Below are positions 26,876 through 42,129 of a stretch of 64,000 bases of DNA, piece after piece. The DNA is taken from positions 62,002,001 to 62,066,000 of the forward strand of contig CM052816.1 in NCBI GenBank assembly GCA_028534125.1. The letters are read 5' to 3'. The translations under genes and the position numbers were made by a program. Position 1 is the first letter of the stretch. The number at the start of each line of letters is the position of its first letter. Below the pieces are notes generated by a model. The model was not told the DNA's origin. It saw nothing but the letters and a program-made list of their open reading frames with translations, and made no database searches. Source of the DNA: Lama glama (lineage: Eukaryota).

Positions 26876-29269
26876 TTCCTTAAACATCTAAAATTTTAAC
26901 ATTTTATTCAAATTCCTTGAAGTCTGAAGATGTCATGTTGGCTAATTCAAATCTGTCATGTTTCCTAAGCTTTGTACATATTTAAATTTATAATATTCTA
27001 ATGAGAGTTTCAAGGTAGTTTTTCTGCCTCATCACATACAGAGTTTTTTGTTTTGTCTTTTTTTAATGGAAATTAAACTCAAGAGGTTACTTCCTAACTT
27101 AGTTTGGGGTTCTCTCAAAGAACCCCTTGGCCTGGGGTTCTCTCCATTCTGACAGCTCCAATTTCTACTGTGTATTTTTCTGTCAACAACTGAAAGAGTT
27201 TATCTAACCTGTCTGCTGCCTTTTGAGATGTACAGGCTCACAAAACACATTCCAGTATTATACATTTTCCTTCATCTAAGACTTGTAAACTCCCCCACTC
27301 CCCAGCCACACGACCGAGAAAAGATTTGATATAAACAGTACACTGCCGTCACTTGAAGCAGGAGCTCTGATTAGCAAGTTAACATCCTGATGTTCATTCT
27401 CTCTCTCCCTGCAGCTGATGAAAATCCAAAGATGCTTTCAATATATACGTCTCTGGTAAGTTAGAATAGTTGGACACGTTATGGAAAAACCAAGTGCAGC
27501 AAGTGGGGCTGCACTGCCTTGGCATCAGAGTCCCACTAACTGCATCCCTTTGGAATGATTTTAAAAGAGAAAAGAGGAAAAATCTCAGCAACCTCAGGCT
27601 CTCCTAATTTTCCTTTAATAAACAGAAACTAACTTCTTAACCAGCAACGTAGAGATAAAACCAGCTGCCTCTTCTGTCACAAGGTTACACCATGGATCCA
27701 ATTTTAAGTAAGAAATGTGTAATACTACTAAGCTCTCAAGGGGTTTGTTACACATGGAGGGTTTTTCTTATTTAATTTCTCCTTTCCTTTACCCGAGAAC
27801 AGACTGCAAAGGGCCAACATCACTGTGCTTTCCTGGGTGAACATTAGTAGCTCTTTCTGCTGCTCGCGTTCCACTTTTCCCTTTTTTTTTTTTTTTTTTT
27901 GGTCTAGTCATACTACGTAAATCTCAACCTTCTTTTAATCCTATACCTTTCAGACTGGCATTTAAATTAAAGCTTTGGCCTCTCCAAAATTGAAATCCAA
28001 TTCACTAAACCAATCAAATTCACCCTTTAAAGCAAATTCATCAAACTCTTTCCACCTACCCTCATCACAAACTAGGCCAATATATTTTTTCTGATAATAG
28101 TTAAATTTTGCATTCATTTTCAGAACCATTCCTCAGGGATCCATTTATCCTATAACTCATCTTTGAACTCTGCTCTTGCCTGACATTTCAAAATATCAAC
28201 AGAACGCTGGGGCCGCTCGCTGCAGGACTTCGTCTCCTGGCTGGCAGGCAAGGACGATAATCAAGCTTTTCTGCTATTATCTGCCTGGGTCTTCCCGGCC
28301 TCTGCATCACCATTCTGCAGTCCTACAGCTGTTCCAAGGACTAGTCAGCTAGCTCACTTTACTATTTAGTAGAAAAGCTACACACCCCACTCATCCTGCA
28401 TTTCCTTCTAGTGGAGGCACAAAATTTTCCATTTGCCCCCTAAGAAAGTGTTTTTTATTTACAAGGGGACATGCTCCCATCGAATTCAATATGATGCACA
28501 GGACAGGATCTGAGGTAAATGGTGACGTGAGCAAAACTTGCTCAGTGACCTACTGATCAAGTGACCACCCCTTCTTCCATGCCCTGCCACCCCATTGAGA
28601 ATATATAAGTATCTTATGTAAATACAGCTAAAAATTCATTGTGAAAGTTAGAATCTTAGACTTGCCCTTTTGCTTTGCCCATCAATCAATGAATGAAGAC
28701 AGTTCTATCCAGAAATTTTCTAAAAGAAAATTATTTTTGTCCACAGTTGGACCTTTTTTCTTTTCTGCGTTGTTAAACTCTTTCAACCAAAGATGACTAA
28801 CATATCTCACAAAAGAATTTAGCTGATATTTTAAATCCTTTAAATGAATTTTCATAATGAGAGACTGGCTTCTGTTTTGCTTATTGGCTCCAACACGGGC
28901 TAGCATCGCCTAACCCTGCACCCCGAGGAGGAGACTCACAGATGCTAAAAGGAGCAGTGGCTCTGCTGAGCAAGTTGACTTCCTACATTCTAGGAACAAA
29001 AAAAGTCACAGGAAATTCCAGACTCATTAGAGAAAGGCCTAATGTAGAAAGGTCCCTTTAGGAGACACAAGTGGCTTTTTCTGCCATTGAGTTCAAATTA
29101 TTCCATCTTCAGCTAATATCTCAGTGAGTTCTTAAAGCTATTCTGAAACAAAGAATAGCATTAAAAATTAATTTGGCAGCATAATTAGTAAGTGTTTTGA
29201 GCAGAGTTTGGTTGAATTGGTGTTAACGCTACTAAGAAAAATAGCTCCTAAAGTTATTTGCAAATTTAG

Positions 29270-31930
29270 TACAAAATCCATCAAAATACCCCTTGATTTT
29301 GAAAAATTGGACAATATGATTCAAAAGTTAATTTGGAATACCAAACGTTACAAAGGTAGCCAAGAAACTTTGGGGAAAAAAGCATAATGGGAAGGGAGAG
29401 AAAGTCTTGCCTAATCAGATATTAAAATAAACTCTATAGCTACAATAATTTTTAAAGTATTTTACTACCTGAAGAATAAACATACTGATAAATGTAACAG
29501 AACTGAAAGTCTAAAAACAGATCCTAGGATATATAAGAATTTAGTTTATGACAAAGGTGACATTTTAAATTGGCAAAAGAAAAAAGATAAATTGTCCAAA
29601 AAATACTTGAACAATTGTCTCATTATTTGTAAAATAAAAATAAAGGCAGATCCCTACCTCAACACAAAAATAAAAATTCCAGGACTATTAATGATTTAAA
29701 TGTAAAATAAGAATTACTGTATTAGAAGAAAATATAGGTGAATATCATTATAGCTTAGAGGGAGGTAAGAACTTTCTAAGCATGAAACTAAAGGGAGAAA
29801 TTACACAAAGAGAAATGTCAGTTGAAAAAAACGTTACACATAAAATTAAAAAGGCAACAACTATGAAAAAACATTTGCAATACATGCGGGAAAAACTTGA
29901 GTTACTGTATGGAAAGTTCTCATGAAGTAATGAAAAATGAACACCCCTATAGAAAAAAATGTATATAAGATACAAGCACCAATATGCCACAAAAGAAACA
30001 ATGACAAAAACACTTAAAATGTCCACTCTCGCTCCTAATTAAGATAAATTAAAAATAAAACACCATGTTGTTTCTCTCAATGAAATTAGTGAAATATGTA
30101 TCTTTTGAAATAAAAATACCCATGACATAATTATTTTCCGGAGGACATGAGCAACTTGTAGCCAAAGCCTTTAATATGTGCCAATCCTTTGGTCAGCAAT
30201 TCCACTCCTAGGGATTTATGCTAAAAAAAAAAAATACTTAGATGTTCAATGCACATGTGTAATGGAAAAAATGGAAGCTAGTTCAAAGTCAATCATTCAA
30301 TAAAATAGAATATACCCAGACTTGGTTTCTAAACACCAATCCCAACTAAAATGAATTAAACTTTTTGGAGAAATGGCAGATTTCAGGGCTGGAACAGGAA
30401 AAGTACAAGATGCCCTAGAACATTTTGTGACTGAAAGCAAAAAAATGCTCAGAAAAGGATGGACACATTTCAAAAGGACACAGGACCCAATTTGAAGGGG
30501 CTCCCAGAGGCCAAATCTGAGATAATTTAAGGGCCCGAATAATGACAGTAGTAGAATAAAGAATGATTCCATACTGATATTAGTAAATAAATGAATAGGT
30601 AAATAGAGGAAAGGGAAAAGTCTTCCTTGTAGTAGAGTAACAACTAACATACATAGAAGGTTAGAAAATTGCCATTTTTACAACTATCATAATAATAATT
30701 CTGAAATTATTTTGAATTTTGAATGAAAATGGTCAGCCAGAATGATCAATGGTTGGGTGAAAGTCTGAGCAGGAACAGGATATTTTCATACCTCCCAACG
30801 TATTACTTAGTGATGACAAAAGGAAAAATAGTGACTTCACGATGGATTAATCCAACAAATACAACCTTTACCAAAGAATCCAAGTTAACATCATACCTGG
30901 ACAACCCAATATTATGTGCTTCTTGATATGATGTCCTGAGAGTATAACTAATGTGGTAGTCCTGTCAAAATGTATTTCTCTCCAATCATGAGAAAAAACA
31001 TCAGACAAACTTACATTGAGGCACACTGTACAATATAACTGGCTTTTACTTTCCCAAACTGTCAAGATCACCAAAGACAAAGTGAGGCTGAGGATTAAAG
31101 AAAACTAAAGAAATATGACAACTCATTACAAGATGTAATTCTGGACAAGAGTCTAGATAAGAAAAAAATAGCTATTAAGGATATTGGCAAAACTTGAATA
31201 TGAACTACAGATGAGATAATATTACTATATCAATGTTATACTTCCTGACTTTGATAAATGTACCTTAATTATGTGAGGAAAAAAATCATTGTTCTTACGA
31301 AATATATGCTGAAATGTTTATGGTTAAAAGGCATGTTATCTGCAAATTATTTTTGAAATGGTTCAGAAAATATACATCAAAAGAAAGTCAAGATGAAGAA
31401 AATGAGGCAAAATATTAACAATTAGTAAATCTGACAAAAGGTATACAACCTTATACTTTTCTTGCAACTTTTCTGAAAGTGTGAACTTTGTCAAAATAAA
31501 AGAATAAAAAGTCATAGCACTCCATCAAGGTAATAAATAATGAAATCATTAAAAGTGATGACATAATGGAAAGGAATCTAAAAAATAATAATATATATGT
31601 GTGTACAACCTAATCACTTCACTGTACACCTGAAACTAACACAACATTGTAAATCAACTATACTTCAATTAAAAAAAAAGAAAAAAGTGATGGCAAAGGA
31701 GTTTATTTACTGGCAAACAACAATGTCAGTATTGGTCAGTTTAAAAAAAAGCATGTTATAGGATTCATTTTTTCCCCATTTTGTCATATACATGTATCTA
31801 TAGAGACATAGAAAAACAATCAAGGAAGGATATTCACCATAGTGTTAATATCTGTTATCTCCATGTGATGGGATCATGGGTGAAGTTATTTGTTTGTTTT
31901 TCCATATTTTCTAATTTTCCTAAACCGAAA
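29270..31930 (+). mobile_element. Composite old L1 (L1ME/L1MC-like) ORF2 and 3' UTR relic, with a short young L1 tail inserted at about 31561-31682
   Basis: L1-like text (cagcaattccactcctagggatttat, atatcaatgttatacttcctgactttgat). The inner insert ends in poly(A) and is flanked by the direct repeat aaaagtgatg. Confidence 0.75.
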
Positions 31931-33001
31931 GTGAATTTTTTAAAAAGTTTTCTTTCTGGGGGTGTGAGGATGTCTTCTAAGAAGAAATATAGCAGACCAC
32001 TCTGAGCTTGTCTCGAATCTGCTTGCTTCCTCAGTATTCCATATATAACTTACATTTTTCTCTTAGACAACTGTGCCTTACTGATGACTTGCTTAGCCTT
32101 TTCATTTAGACTGCCTGCCTTTGCAAAAGAGACCACCAAATAATAGACAATCGGAGCTATTATTCCTATACAACACCATTATTTCACTTGTGTCAAGCAG
32201 CTCTACCCTCTGCCCTTCTATTTCATCAATAATTCTACTTCTAAGAACCCTCTCCTCAATGTCTCAACGCCTCTCTCAACGCCCTAGCGGGTCAATGGAT
32301 ACTCAAAACCACAGAATGAGTATCTTTTCTCTTTCTGGAGCATCAGTTTTACTCAGAAATGGAAAGGAGATGATGTTACCATTAGAGTTAAACAAGTCAT
32401 TATTTTAGCAATCAAATTTAAAATTCTCATAATTTAAAAAATACAATGGGCAAACTCAAATAATTTAAAGCTCACAAGGCAGGCCTTTCCACTATAACCC
32501 TTGGAATTCTAGAGGTACAAATTCCTTTCTTATCTACCTTTAAGGATTCTCCAACGGAAAAGTTTGAGAAGCAGGGACCTAAGACTTGCATCCCTTCAAT
32601 TGTTCCCCTATTTATCATAAATGCTTCCATATCAGACGAAATGAGCCCTCACCCCAAGAATGTCGACTCAGAAAGATGCCCTTCACATAGCTATCTTCTT
32701 CTCAGAACTGTTTTGAGATACATGCATAACTCAAAACACAGAAGTTAAAAGGAAAAAAAAAATGATTATGGGACACAGTTTAAGGACCAATCAATTGCTT
32801 AGCAATAGGGACCTCTACAAAGTGAGCCCTTGGAAGTAGCCCAGCCGCTACCAGAGACCTGGTGTTCTCGGGATCAACTTAAAACATACAAAGCCTTAAA
32901 TTGTATACATTAGAAATAATGAACCCTAATAAAATAAAGATACACAAAGGGAAAATCTTGGCAAAATAGTCTAAAGTTAGACTATTTTAGACTTAAACTA
33001 T

Positions 33002-33582
33002 TGTTAAAAAAACAAAATTCAGCTGAGTAAATCTGAAGATGTAGTTGGCTTTACCCAACAATTCAGTATCTCTCTCTTTTTTTTTTAATTTTTAAAATTT
33101 TTGGTGTTGGGGAGGTTAGGTTTGTTTATTTACTTATTTATTTATTTATTTATTTGGGGAAGTACTGGGGATTGAACACAGGCCCTTGTACATGCTAAGC
33201 ATGGGCTCTATCATTTGAGCTATATTCTGTCCTCATCCAACAATTCATGAATTGGACAGCATCCAACATAGCAAGTAGAAAGGGGCCCTGAGAAGATGTA
33301 TGAAATGGAAGGTTTTTATAGGCAGAGGGGCTAGAACAAGGAAGTCATAAACAAAAGAAAGGATATTTTCAAGCAGTCACCTTCCATTAGGGGAAGGGTG
33401 GGTGAGGCTATCCTGCAGATCGCCTTGGCGCTAGTATTCATCAGGAAATTCCAGACTGATAGGTTTAAAATTCCACTCCTGGGAGAGGCTGAAACTGCAG
33501 TTAGGTTAGGAATTAAGTTTTGGTTTGCTGACGTGGGGCTTAGCACAACTGACTCCATTTGGGGCCTGTTGTTTCTTTAACA
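33002..33582. mobile_element. Solo ERV LTR interrupted by a SINE
   Basis: TG...CA ends with a 14-bp inverted repeat (tgttaaaaaaacaa / ttgtttctttaaca, 1 mismatch); minus-strand TATA-like cctataaaaa near 33315-33322. Confidence 0.7.
33066..33236 (-). mobile_element. tRNA-Ala-derived camelid-type SINE inside the LTR
   Basis: Reverse-complement SINE (gtactggggattgaacacaggccc...catgctaagcatg...tgagctata) with an 11-bp TSD ccaacaattca (33055-33065 / 33237-33247). Confidence 0.88.
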
Positions 33583-34539
33583 CTGCTGTCATTTATAGAA
33601 ATTTGTAAAAAGTCCAGTGCCTTAGGTCAGTTTTAGTAATGTGCCCCAAAACTCGTTCCCTTCAGGCCATTCAGATTGCCTGTAATGAAAAATGTCTCAA
33701 TTCTAAAAATTAATCTAAAATAATCTAAAATAATTAAGAACAGATAGTTTTGAAAGAAAGGAGTGGAAACTGAAACCAATTTTCCTCTGATGTAATTTTA
33801 CTTGCTTAATTATTATGCAAACATAATATTATGTTCCTAACCTTTAAGACATTCCTTAAATGGAATAAAGACATGTTTTCTCAGTAGCTGGAACACTGGC
33901 ATCTATCCCTAGGTGGGAGAGTCACTGGAATGGAGAATGCATATTTAACAAGAGGTACAGCAGTGGTTTTTAATTACCACTTCAAAGGGTCGCTTTCAAA
34001 TATAAATCATTTCCTCTTCCTATTCCAGTGACGTTTGGATGATCTATTTTGTTTTCAGCTCTCTGCTATATCTGATTTGGTTAATATCAAACCAAGGGTC
34101 CAAAATCACCTAATTTGAAAGCAGCAGAAGACAACAATCAGATAAAATCCTGCCTTACCAAGAGTAAGCACTCAGCAAAGATGTATTGAATTAATTTGCT
34201 GACTTGGTAAACATGTTTTTGAGAAGGGTAGAGTAGGGACATTTCATTGTAAGAAAGTAGCCTCATCTAACTACATAGGTGGTGCATTAATGGATCTCCT
34301 TAGCTAAATGGCCGTAAGACTATAAGATTTGAGCCAACTACTTCTGTTGCTGGGTTTTCGGAGCCCACTTGAAATAAAATTTTGGAGTAGTCCCTGAGCT
34401 AACTAAGGAAAAATAATCAACTTTTATTTAGCACAATGCATTGTTATAGAAGAGGAACTCAATGAATGTTTGATGACTGTAATAATGACAATGAACATGC
34501 TCCTTTGATCACCTATAATAGAGGCACACTGCTACTTCA

Positions 34540-35080
34540 CTCCATTCAGTGAGTAAACATTTGTTAGGTGTGCTAGGCACTAGGGACACATAGTGAGCAA
34601 GCAAGACAAAAATTCCTACTTTCCTGGAACTTACTTTTCTAGTTGGAGTGGAGAAAAGTCGGACAATAGATAAGTGAAATATATTCATATATTAGTGCTA
34701 AGTGCTTAGGAGAAAAATAAGGCAGGAAGGAGGTATTTAAATGTTGAAGTTAAAAATGCAGGTAGGGTGACCAGGGAAGAACTCCCTGAGAAGGTGACTT
34801 TTAGTAAAGGTCTAGAGCAAGTGAAAGCGAGGGGAAAGCATTCCAGACAATGATGATGGCATGAGCAAAGGCCCTAAGCCAAGAATTTCAAGGGCATCAG
34901 ATGCAAGAAATAAAGGTGAAGAGGGCAGACCACAAAAACTCTGCCATATCTATTGAAAGAAATGGGGAGCAATTAGGGTTTAGAGTAGAGTAGAGACATG
35001 ACCTGATTTAGGTTTTAATAGGCTCCCTCTGGCTTCTCTGTAGAGAGAAGACAGCAGGGGAGCAAGGACAGAGCTGGAAG
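34540..35080. mobile_element. L2 relic
   Basis: aacatttgttaggtgtgctaggcactagggacaca..., gagaaggtgactttt, gacatgacctgatttaggtttt. Confidence 0.65.
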
Positions 35081-36425
35081 AGGAGCGATTTGTTTTAAAA
35101 CTCAGAGTCTGGAGTTTGCAGTTTTAACAGGCTCCCTAAGTGATTCTTATGCACAATAACATTTAAGAACTGAGATTTCAAGTTATCTGAGCAACTGAGA
35201 CAAAAATTGATTTTACTCTCTGATTATCTGATAATCACTAGTCCACTACTTCATTTTACCTGGGAGAAACAGTCTGAGTCTTTGGATTAAACTCAGCGAA
35301 TAACCTGTCAGTTCAGCCATGCACTCTCCAAACAGTGCTTCAGAAAGCAAACTCCAACGGGAGCTGGACTCCTGTGAGGTGACACAAGGTACCCTCTAAG
35401 AGAGACCTCCACCGAGAAGCAAACTAGAGCTAATGCAGTCATGTGGTGGCAGTGCATTTGAGAAGGCTCCAGAGCATGTACTCCATAAATATGTTTCCGG
35501 ATTCAGCAAAAATAGATAAAGCCTATGGAAAGGGAATTTTCTCAATTTTTTAAAAAATAAAGTTCTTCATTTTCTTTTTAAATGGAAGTTAGTGAGCATC
35601 TGTGTCTTATTATAAATATATAATATATATTCTAAATTTTTATTCAAATATATTAATACATACCAAAATAAAATTCATGATGACTACTTTTAAAATATAC
35701 TAATAGAAATTTACATTCACAAAATATTTTAACAGTTCTGAGTGTTTCATAATGATAACACTTAGCACATATAGCACTCATAAGTCAGATAACAGTGAGA
35801 TTTCAGTTCCAAAAACCACACATAAACATTTCTACTTTATAGATGTGCTACACACACAAACTCAGGCACACACAGACCCATCTATCTGAACTAGTTTGTG
35901 ATCTAATCAAGAACAAAGACTGTCTTCTATTTATTTTTAAATTTCTTTTCTTATGCCTCCAAATTGCTTTGTATACTTCCTCTGAATTGTGCACACCACA
36001 GGCACACAGATAAATGCTTAACTGACCATCAACTAACTGATCTAGAGCAATGCAACACTGAGAATTAACTATCAGATATTTTGTTCCTCTATTTATTTGA
36101 CTTCTCCCGCTCCATCAAAAACAAAATTTAAAAATTCCAAGAAGCTACAACCTTTATAACTGAGAGACATATAAATAAAGTAGATTTGTTGAATCAATGT
36201 AATATTTTTCATGAGAAAATTTACATCCCACCGCTATTTTGACTTGGGCACAATTTCTCTAAAGTATTTCATCATTAAGGCCTTATTTAACGTGAATTTT
36301 TATAAAGACACATAATAAACTGAATTTTTAAGAAGCATTCATTGTTAACAGTATAATCTGTTTCCTAGGCACAGGTGATTACTTCGAATAGAGTACAGGT
36401 AATTGGTTACAAATAATGGATACTA

Positions 36426-36626
<201 letters not shown>

Positions 36627-36823
36627 TCACACAGACTGGCTTGCACACGAACTAAAGAAAAGGTTTAAATATTATTAATTCTTGCTTTAGTCATTCATAA
36701 CCATACTTTTTTTTATAAATAACATACGATTGAAATCTACAGCTCACTTTCTCTACCATCAAATTCTTACTTTTTCTCTCTACATTTATATGTTAATGTT
36801 AGTATAGAATACCATGCAAATTC

Positions 36824-36907
36824 TTTTTTTTTTTTTAATGGAGGTACTGGGGAACCCAGGACCTTGTGCATGCTAGGCATGCACTCTACCACTGAGCCAC
36901 CCACCCG
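36824..36907 (-). mobile_element. Short tRNA-Ala-derived SINE copy
   Basis: poly(T)+aatggaggtactggggaacccaggaccttgtgcatgctaggcatgcactctaccactgagc; near-perfect TSD catgcaaattc / catgtaaattc. Confidence 0.85.
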
Positions 36908-38351
36908 CATGTAAATTCATATTACAGGTAGAAGGTCACATGATTCTCTAGGGATGGTTAAAAAATATCTCAAAGAAACCTATTATTAACAAATTTTAGG
37001 AGGAAAGACTGGCTTCACCAATAAAAGATGAATAGAAAGATAACTACTTCTGTAAAAGTAGTGAGATGTTTACCAGAAATGTAGAACTTTTCTTTTGGAG
37101 ACATGTATGGGAGTTATCATGTATTAATACCCCAAACCACAACTATTACAAGAGAGAAGACAGTTTAATGAAAGGAAAGCAATGTTTATGAAATGTATAA
37201 AAAGTTCATGTTCAATCTGAATTTTTCCTTTCTAAAAGAGCATAGCACCAATGGCTTCTAGCATTGAAGAAGAAGTCCTTGTACTTTTCTCTAAAAATGC
37301 AATGTATATCTGATATTATTTGCTTTGCATTAAATTTGTAATAATTCTGACACAGTTATCTATAAGGCATTTGAGAAATAACAGCTTTCATAAACCTGTA
37401 AACTTAATATTTTTAATGGGAAAAGAAGCTTGGAAAAAAGAAAATGATCTTGAAAGACTAATATGCAAACATACGTACTTTACTTTCATGAGTCCTATGT
37501 ACGTGTGAATGTGTAAGTACATATAATCAGATTTTAAGCTGCTCAAGAGCAGATACTTCTCTTGACTTTCCCATAGTGATGTGCACACTTAATAAAAGTG
37601 TTTAATAGAGTACTTAGCTTGTACTAAATGTTTCATAAATGACAGTAAATGATGATTGACTGGTGATTGATCCATTTGTAGTAATTGAAAAGTAATGACC
37701 ATTGAAATGATCATTGAAAAGTAATGATCTTTTTTTTCATTCTCTTCCTGACTTGCCTTTCGACTTTCTGCTATTTCCCAGAGATTAGGGTCCTAACAAA
37801 TTTTACATGTACCAAAAGGTTAGGAAGGGGAACTTGACCAGGGATGCTCAGTGTGTCAATGCTTTGGGAGGAAGAACAGAATTAAACGTGAGGGGCTAAG
37901 CTCATCCCACTTTTCCTTGGTTTTAGGAGACAGAGCGCCCTGGCAGTTTAGAGATTGCCTCTTGAGACACAGACATGGAGTCAGACTTCAAAAGATTCTT
38001 GTGCTTGGTTTATTACTATCAGCCCAATTCTTCTAGCCCCCCACACATGTGAAGACTGGGCAGTTTTGTGTCCAGAGTCGGTATGTTGTTATACATTTAA
38101 ATCGGCGTTTACCCTCACTTTGTGCTCTCTCTTCCAAGGGGTATATTCCTTGGCTCCGGCAACCCCTTTCATGCTTGCTTGCACCAAAGCTGACTTTTGT
38201 AGATCATTATGTGTCAGGGAAGGTTGCAACTACACACCGACACATGGGAACGTAATCCTCTTAATTAATATTATCTGCTTCACAATGCAGCTAGGAGGCC
38301 AGACATTTGGAAAGAGTCCCGAAATGAGAATCTAGTAATTAAAAAATCCTT

Positions 38352-38480
38352 GAGGGGAAGGTATAGCTCAGTGGTAGAGTGCATGCTTAGCATGCACAGG
38401 GTCCTGGGTTCAATCCCCAGTACCTCCATTGTAAATAAAATAAGTAAACAAACAAACTTAATTACCTCTGCTCTGCTATG
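38352..38480 (+). mobile_element. tRNA-Ala(AGC)-derived camelid-type SINE
   Basis: ggtatagctcagtggtagagtgcatgcttagcatgcacagggtcctgggttcaatccccagtacctcca plus an A-rich tail; TSD aaaaaatcctt / aaaaaattctt. Confidence 0.9.
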
Positions 38481-40643
38481 AAAAAATTCTTCAAAGTGAA
38501 AAAGTAATTTATTCAATTTAAAAGTAAAATTGTCAACTTAATTAAATTCAATGTATATATTATGGGCTTTAAACGTACACAATTTAAAAAGCACACCACG
38601 TGAGCCGAAGGAAAAAGCATGCTATTTCTTTCTGTTATAAAAATAGGTTCTTCATAATCCTGATGAACTGTTTCAATGTCACAATTCTACTTTACAGAAA
38701 TGTTGCTTTATGCATGCAAAACTCCAGATGAAGATGGAGCTCTGGGAGTCTCTTAAAATATTCATTTCAACAAATACTTACTGAATGCATGCATAGCGCT
38801 GCGCAATAGGCATTCTTTTCCTAGGTCCTGAAGAAGGGTACCAAAGGAAACCCTTAGAGGTTAGGGATTTAGAAGAATAGAAGAGATGGGAGTGGACCAG
38901 ACACAGAAAAGGGAGAATTATCCTTTCCTCACAGCACAATGGGGCGGTCTGCTTTTCAATCCCTGAGAAAGGGTCTGAAGCTGCCGCCACGTTAACACCA
39001 GATCTCTCCTATTTAGCAACTTCATTTACCTGGAGGTTTTATACCTGTGCCTTTCTGTAGCAGCTACAGAATCCCAGAACAAATACGCTAGTGACTTTGG
39101 GGAGATTTTTCACAGTTGGACTATTTTAAATTAGGGGAGCGAGTAAAGAATGCAAGGGAATTGAAGCTCTGAATTTTTACCTCCCCATTGTGTTCTCAGA
39201 GCTCAATAACTAAGAAGAGACCCAGGTCTAACAGTGCCAAGTGATGCCATCAGTTGAAATGATTTTTCTATTTCCCAGGAACTGAGTGCACCACCTGAGT
39301 TAAATGAAGACCCCAGCCAGCTGTTCATTCCTCTGTGCCCTCACAAACCCAAGGGAGGGTTTCTATCCTCTGCTGCTTGTCACTTGGGAACAATTCAGGA
39401 TTCTGAGAATCCCAGGCACCTTTCCAACTGAGTTTGACTTAAGAGTAGCCAGTCTCATTTGGAGGCACTGCTACCATTATCAACACTTCCTAAGACTTAG
39501 AACTGGATAACTATGTTATTTTCCAAAAGGTTAGATAATATGCCAGTGCAATTCAGACTGCTTCCCCAAATAATAAGGATAAGCTGTCATTCTCTTCTGA
39601 GATTTTGCCCTGTTTTGGCACAATACAACTTTGTCGGTTGAACTTGTTGGTAAGTAGGCACTCCTTTAGAGATTTTTTTTTGAAGCTTGCAATGCATTAA
39701 AAAAATTACTTTACTGCTCTAAGAAATAACATTTAAAGTAATTTGCTGTAGACTTGACATGTGTGCCAAATTCTGGACCATGCTAGGAGACTGGGAGAAA
39801 TTAAAGTCTTCTTAGCAGAGTCAATCCTCTCTCTCTCTCTCTCCCCCAGATATAAGCTAACTTGTTTACAAAAAATAGTTTCATATGGGGTGGCAGTTCT
39901 TTCCTACCATCAACCCACCCCGTGCATTCTCCAGGCAAAATGAAAGAATCAAGTTCTAAGTTTGCCACCTTTTGCATTTGGGGGAACTGGAAGCACTTCA
40001 TAATGAAAACATCTGCATAAACACAAATTGGAATAAGTAAAATTCCCATCATAGGGAAGAGAAGCAAGAAAGACACCACCTTACAAAGTCTCTTCACTTT
40101 CCAACAATGCTCAAAGAGCTGAGGTGTTGAGAAAGGGAGTGCCCTGGAAAGGTTCTACGTGTGTGTAATCAGAGCAGCTAAAACTCTCCCTCTCTGTGAG
40201 TCTCCAGTAAGGTCCAGGACCAGCGTGAGAGCAGCTGAGAAGGGCGAATTATTAAGTCCAGTCCTCTGTGCGCCCCCCTCCCCCAACACCTTTTGTTTGT
40301 TTGTTTGTTTTTTGATATTTTAAAGAATACAGCCAAATCCTTCTTACTGGCAAAGAGGCTTAAAATACTCTGATCCTTGATTAACGCCCTAAAATGAGTC
40401 TCAAAGGAGCCCCCTTCTATTCAAATGCATCAACTGCCCAAACAAATCAAAAAGAGAAATCAAACCTTCTCCTTAAGTTACCCGCGTGTCTTCAGTCTCC
40501 GCCCGCAGAGCCCGCCGCCTTGGACGGATCCCTGGGGAGGGTGAAGAGCCGTGCGCTCCCGCCAGGCGGCCCAGCGTGCGCCCTGGGCGCAGAGCCTGCA
40601 CTCCTCCCGCGCGCTCTTCGCCTGGGGTCCTGGGGCGGGTTCA

Positions 40644-41231
<588 letters not shown>

Positions 41232-42129
41232 TCAGCCTCCACGCGCCTGTTCTGCCCGCTCTCCGCCGTCCGCGTGGGGTCTGGTCACTTTACTCGCGCT
41301 TCTCCCTCTCGCTAGTGAGTGGTCCTTTTATCTGCCGATCTCCGGCCCTGTAGCTCTTCTCCCTCACCCTCGCTCCGCTCTCGGCACGTTCCTCTGACTC
41401 CCCTACACTTTCCCTCGATTCCTGGAGCGGTCGCCACTCCATGCCAGAAAGATTTCACTTGAAGGAAAACGGGAGGTATAGGACACATTTGCCATTTGGA
41501 CTCATGCAGCCAAAGTTGTACCAAACAGAGCAGGGCTGGCGGGGAGGAGGGGGGCGGGGAAGGCGCGTGGCGGGAAGCTTTACCCGCCACGGACCGTCGA
41601 CCCTCGGAGCCGGGTGGTGGGCCGAACAAAACGCGCTGAACTACCGGTAACGGGCTGTTGAGACGTACCCCTTCTCTTTTGAAAAGCATGTGTGATACAA
41701 TAAAATCTGCCAATTTAAGTATCAAAAACAAGAACAAATTTTTCTCCAAAAACTAGCCGTACGTTCTGTATTCAGTTAAACAACCTGCAAAAGGAAGGAA
41801 AGGCAAGAGAGTCAGGTAAAGAAGGTGTAGACTTTCTGCAGGGGCAGGGGGAAAGAGGAGGAGGCAAAGGAGGTAGAGAGAGAATTTCATCCTTTCTGAA
41901 GCGTTGTAGAAATTTACCTTGTCCCCTTTTTATTTGATATTCTCATTACAGTGATTCATTTGTTCACCAAGTTTTTAAAATAACAATAGTAATGGATACT
42001 CATTGTAACAAATCAAACAATACTATGGTGTGTAAAGAAAAAAATGTTAATGGCCTTGTGATGGGAGAAGAGGCAACTATAACATTCATAGAATTTCTGA
42101 GATTGAGCGTTGTTCCCTCTTCATTCTCT

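Noticed and set aside
38356..38427. Apparent tRNA-Ala(AGC) gene
   Set aside because: Two mismatches in the anticodon stem, followed by the SINE A-rich tail and flanked by a TSD; it is a SINE head.
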